Shown here in pieces: positions 46,408 through 49,764 of a stretch of DNA of 49,764 nt. Numbering within the stretch: the stretch's first letter is position 1; each line of letters starts with the position of its first letter. The notes under the pieces were generated by a model. That model did not search any database. It was not told the origin of the DNA and worked only from the letters and a program-made list of their open reading frames with translations. The translations under genes were made by a program, and so were the position numbers. This stretch comes from a virus (Duplodnaviria; Heunggongvirae; Uroviricota; Caudoviricetes). Location of the stretch: the IMG/VR virus record IMGVR_UViG_643348545_000011; one strand, 5' to 3'.

Positions 46408-47099
46408 GCGAGATTAACTATCAGGCACTGCGTGAAAAGGCAGAGAAAGCAACTAAAGGAAGCTACATCGTAGGGCATACATCTGTTAACCAGCACGGCA
46501 ATTTAACAGGAGTTTTTGTTTGTCAAAAATGGAAAGGAGAACCCGGTGGCGTGATTGCGGAATGTCATGTTAACTGCCTGATTGAATCAGATGCTCAGGC
46601 TTATGCAAACGCTGAATTCATAGCAGAGGCTAACCCGGCTACCGTGCTGGCACTGCTGGATGAACGGGAAAGAAACCAGCAATACATCAAACGCCGCGAC
46701 CAGGAGAACGAGGAAATTGCGCTAACAGTAGGGAAGCTGCGCGTTGAGCTTGAGCAGACAAAATCAAAACTCAACGAGCAGCGTGAGTATTACGAAGGTG
46801 TTATCTCGGATGGGAGTAAGCGCATAGCAGAACTGGAGGAGCGGGAAATAAAACCAGCCAAAGGCGAAGTTCTTGTCGTTGTATCTGGTTTTACTGGTTG
46901 CGGGAAAAGCGCCATTGCCGGGGAAATAGAAATCGCGATGAAGGCTATTGGTGTACCGGTTCAGTGGACTAATGGCGATGCGGAAAAGCGCATGACAGGA
47001 GCTGACTGGCTGACAGCGATTGAGATGTACAAACCAACAGTGCGCATCGTGGAAGTTAATGTGCCACACGCCGCGGGCATTCGTATCAAAGGAGAGTGA
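46404..47099 (+). CDS. Ead/Ea22-like protein
   Basis: 231-aa ORF; coiled-coil centre and the typical Ead/Ea22-like N-terminus (MSEINYQALREKAEKATKG.Y) as recalled. Confidence 0.65.
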   Translation: MSEINYQALREKAEKATKGSYIVGHTSVNQHGNLTGVFVCQKWKGEPGGVIAECHVNCLIESDAQAYANAEFIAEANPATVLALLDERERNQQYIKRRDQENEEIALTVGKLRVELEQTKSKLNEQREYYEGVISDGSKRIAELEEREIKPAKGEVLVVVSGFTGCGKSAIAGEIEIAMKAIGVPVQWTNGDAEKRMTGADWLTAIEMYKPTVRIVEVNVPHAAGIRIKGE

Positions 47100-47100
47100 G

Positions 47101-47673
47101 ATGAGCGCTATAACCAAAGAACGTATCGAATTATTCATTAAAAATCCGCTTGATAACGGACTTACCCGTGGCGAACAAATGGAACTTGCACGGATTGCGC
47201 TGGCATCTCTGGAAGCCGAACCTGTAAGCCAAACTTACAACTTGCCAGAATTAATCGAGGGCATGGAAGTTTCCATTGATGTAAGCACTTGTGATGCTGA
47301 TTTAGGTAATCGCTATTTCGGCACCGTCACCGAGGCGTTAGAACTTGATACTGCCAAGAATGGTTACATCCTCCTGGTTCAGGACGCAGAGCCAAACTTC
47401 GATGTAAATGGCAACTCTCCGGGAACTCCGGATAGTTGGATAAGCTGTAGTGAGCGGATGCCAGAAATGGGAGAGCGACAATACTATGTGTTAGCAGCTG
47501 ACTTTAAAAACAACTACCCACCAAACATCCCCAACACTCAGGTCGGCGTATATGGCGACTGGTTTAATGATGGCAAGCCCACTTGGGATGACGGTGATGG
47601 CGAAGACCTGTATCTCAAGGAGGTAACCCACTGGATGCCGCTGCCAGAACCGCCGCAGGAGGTGAATCAATGA
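47101..47673 (+). CDS. DUF551-domain protein
   Basis: About 190 aa; C-terminal W.SCSERMPE...YYVLAADF...THWMPLPEPP pattern characteristic of DUF551 prophage proteins. Confidence 0.65.
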   Translation: MSAITKERIELFIKNPLDNGLTRGEQMELARIALASLEAEPVSQTYNLPELIEGMEVSIDVSTCDADLGNRYFGTVTEALELDTAKNGYILLVQDAEPNFDVNGNSPGTPDSWISCSERMPEMGERQYYVLAADFKNNYPPNIPNTQVGVYGDWFNDGKPTWDDGDGEDLYLKEVTHWMPLPEPPQEVNQ

Positions 47674-47757
47674 GCTGGCCTGATGCAATCGTAACTCTGG
47701 GGGTGGTATTCGCAGCAGCGTTTGTTGTGTTCTCGATTTGTCGATGGGGATAACCAC

Positions 47758-48000
47758 ATGTTCGCTTTGATTCAACGCGGGCAGATATACACCGATAGTG
47801 CTGGCTACCCGATAAAAATTGTTCGCTGCATAAACAACACTGTGTTGTACAGAAGAATGGATGGGCGAACACAGTCAGTAAAAATAAACGATTTCAATGA
47901 ACTGTTTGAACGGATTGATCACCAGGAATACCGACAAATTCTGGCAGAAACAGAGCAGGAAGCTCATCTGAAAAAATTACGGGCCATGAAAAGGAAGTAA
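47758..48000 (+). CDS. Hypothetical small protein
   Basis: 80 aa from ATG 47758; no recognised motif. Confidence 0.4.
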   Translation: MFALIQRGQIYTDSAGYPIKIVRCINNTVLYRRMDGRTQSVKINDFNELFERIDHQEYRQILAETEQEAHLKKLRAMKRK

Positions 48001-48003
48001 ACA

Positions 48004-48150
48004 ATGAATAAAGCATTTGAACAATGGGTCCACCAGCGTTACGGCAATCGCTATGACCTGACACGAGATGTTGACGGTTTCTACTGTCGTGAAATTGTGA
48101 AACGAATGTTTGAAGTGTGGTGCCACTGCCGTGGGCTGAGTGTTGTGTGA
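48004..48150 (+). CDS. Hypothetical 48-aa protein
   Basis: ATG 48004 preceded by AAGGAAG; MNKAFEQWVHQRYGNRYDLTRDVDGFYCREIVKRMFEVWCHCRGLSVV; below the track length cut-off. Confidence 0.35.
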   Translation: MNKAFEQWVHQRYGNRYDLTRDVDGFYCREIVKRMFEVWCHCRGLSVV

Positions 48151-48158
48151 GGTAATGC

Positions 48159-48395
48159 ATGGGCAATGTGATTCAACTGGCTCCCAATGAATGGGTTTGT
48201 GAAAGCGTTCTAATCGCAATTACCGGGCTCAAACCAGGCACAATTCTTCGGGCCCGGAAAGAATGCTGGATGGTTGGAAGAGAGTATATTCACGTATCAC
48301 CAGACGGTAATCCAAAGCCTTCCAGTGAATGTATGTATAACAGAAAAGCAATAGATGCCTGGGTCGCTTCAATGAAAAACAAACAACCTGGGTGA
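48159..48395 (+). CDS. xis: Excisionase-like protein
   Basis: 78-aa ORF immediately upstream of the integrase; small basic protein of the size and position of lambdoid Xis. Confidence 0.6.
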   Translation: MGNVIQLAPNEWVCESVLIAITGLKPGTILRARKECWMVGREYIHVSPDGNPKPSSECMYNRKAIDAWVASMKNKQPG

Positions 48396-48450
48396 TTTAA
48401 TGCCATGAAGTATGTAAGCTCGTATCGCTCTTGGGCGTCTGGAGGTATCA

Positions 48451-49764
48451 ATGGATAAAGTCAAATATCCAACAGGCGTCGAAAACCACGGCGGCACATT
48501 ACGCATCTGGTTTAATTTTAAAGGTAAACGTGTCAGGGAAAATCTTGGTGTCCCTGACACTGCCAAGAACAGGAAGATCGCCGGGGAACTGCGGACATCG
48601 GTATGTTTTGCCATCCGCACAGGAAGCTTTGATTATGCTGCACAGTTCCCTGACTCCCCCAACCTTCAGGCTTTTGGGGTAAGTAAAAAAGAAATTACGG
48701 TGAAGGAACTTGAAGAAAAGTGGCTGGATCTGAAACGAATGGAAATCTCTGCAAATGCATTCAATCGCTATGAATCCGTTGCAAGAACGATGGTTTCGAA
48801 AATTGGAGGCAGTAGACTGGTGTCATCGGTAACCAAAGAGGAATTGCTGTATATCAGGAAAGATTTGCTAACCGGGTATCAGAATTCAACGAAAAACAAA
48901 GCAGCAGCAAAAGGACGGAGCGTCGTTACTGTAAATTATTACATGACGACAATCGCTGGAATGTTTCAGTTTGCTGCAGATCACGGTTACTTAGAAGCAA
49001 ATCCCTTCCAGGGAATTAAGCCTCTTAAAAGAGCCAGGGCAGAGCCAGATCCGCTAACTCGTGACGAATTTATTCGCCTGATAGATGCTTGCCGACATCA
49101 GCAGACGAAAAACCTGTGGTCATTGGCTGTGTACACAGGAATGCGTCACGGTGAACTGGTCTCCCTGGCCTGGGAAGATATCGATCTGAAGGCAGGAACA
49201 ATTACCATCAGGCGCAATTATACGAAACTTGGTGAGTTCACTCTACCGAAAACTGAAGCAAGCACAAACAGGGTTGTGCACCTTATCCAGCCCGCTATCA
49301 GTGTCCTGAAAAATCAGGCTGAAATGACAAGACTGGGTAAGCAGTACAACATCAAGGTGCAACTACGTGAATATGGACGTTCAGTGAACCATGAATGTAC
49401 TTTCGTGTTTAACCCTCAAGTGGTTAGAAAAAGCGAACAGGTAGGTTTTGTCTACAAAGTCGATTCTGTAGGTGACTCATGGGAAACAGCCATTAAGCGT
49501 GCAGGGATCAGGCATCGAAAGGCATACCAGTCACGACACACTTATGCGTGCTGGTCATTATCTGCCGGAGCAAACCCAAGCTTCATTGCCAGCCAGATGG
49601 GCCATGCAAGTGCCCAGATGGTATTCAATGTATACGGAGCATGGATGACTGACAGCAATGCAGAACAGATCGCAATGCTGAATCAGAAGCTGACAGATTA
49701 TGTCCCAATGATGCCCCATAGTCACCAAAGTGACACCAGAGGCTTATTAAAATCAGTAAGTTAA
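48451..49764 (+). CDS. int: Tyrosine integrase, Rac IntR-like
   Basis: 437-aa ORF; extensive similarity to IntR as recalled (NPFQGIKPLKRARAEPDPLTRDEF.RLIDAC.HQQTKNLWSLAVYTGMRHGEL, catalytic RKAYQSRHTYACWSL...Y); terminal position transcribed toward the presumed attachment site. Confidence 0.9.
   Translation: MDKVKYPTGVENHGGTLRIWFNFKGKRVRENLGVPDTAKNRKIAGELRTSVCFAIRTGSFDYAAQFPDSPNLQAFGVSKKEITVKELEEKWLDLKRMEISANAFNRYESVARTMVSKIGGSRLVSSVTKEELLYIRKDLLTGYQNSTKNKAAAKGRSVVTVNYYMTTIAGMFQFAADHGYLEANPFQGIKPLKRARAEPDPLTRDEFIRLIDACRHQQTKNLWSLAVYTGMRHGELVSLAWEDIDLKAGTITIRRNYTKLGEFTLPKTEASTNRVVHLIQPAISVLKNQAEMTRLGKQYNIKVQLREYGRSVNHECTFVFNPQVVRKSEQVGFVYKVDSVGDSWETAIKRAGIRHRKAYQSRHTYACWSLSAGANPSFIASQMGHASAQMVFNVYGAWMTDSNAEQIAMLNQKLTDYVPMMPHSHQSDTRGLLKSVS

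Noticed and set aside
1-49764. Scan for CRISPR arrays, rRNA, IS or transposase genes and att direct repeats
   Set aside because: No regularly spaced direct repeats, no rRNA-like segments and no transposase-like ORFs were seen. Attachment sites cannot be identified because the window ends at the integrase stop and the opposite prophage boundary is not definable without a reference.

Overview
Almost the whole window is one lambdoid, cos-packaging prophage of an Escherichia-type enterobacterium, lying in reverse orientation. Calls rest on reading the ORF translations, synteny and motifs against lambda-family proteins recalled from memory; no database search was run, and hand-indexed coordinates of small sites may be off by 1-2 nt. 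From right to left: IntR-like integrase, excisionase and early-left accessory genes on the + strand (43.3-49.8 kb); a divergent cI/cro immunity switch with repeated TTGC-N7-GCAA operators (42.3-43.4 kb); an early-right operon on the - strand with an atypical replication module, Dam-like methylase, RusA and a QuuD-type Q (34.8-42.3 kb); a NanS-like esterase interrupted by a 100-N assembly gap (32163-32262); a lysis cassette of pinholin, an inserted two-gene module, SAR endolysin and Rz/Rz1 (29.4-31.9 kb); a lambda-identical cosN with cosB repeats (about 28.7-28.9 kb); then a complete lambda-like head and tail operon from Nu1 to J, collagen-like side tail fibre and Tfa (7.1-28.7 kb). The left 7 kb is a virulence-type cargo island: an Eib-like trimeric autotransporter, a LuxR-type regulator and a 1341-aa serine-protease autotransporter. 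No rRNA, tRNA, CRISPR array or IS element was recognised, and there is no stx operon at the usual Q-to-S position. I could not confirm a novel system; the best candidates are the two-gene insert splitting holin from endolysin, the promoter/terminator-bearing spacer between tail genes I and J, the long structured leader downstream of cI, and the replication module.
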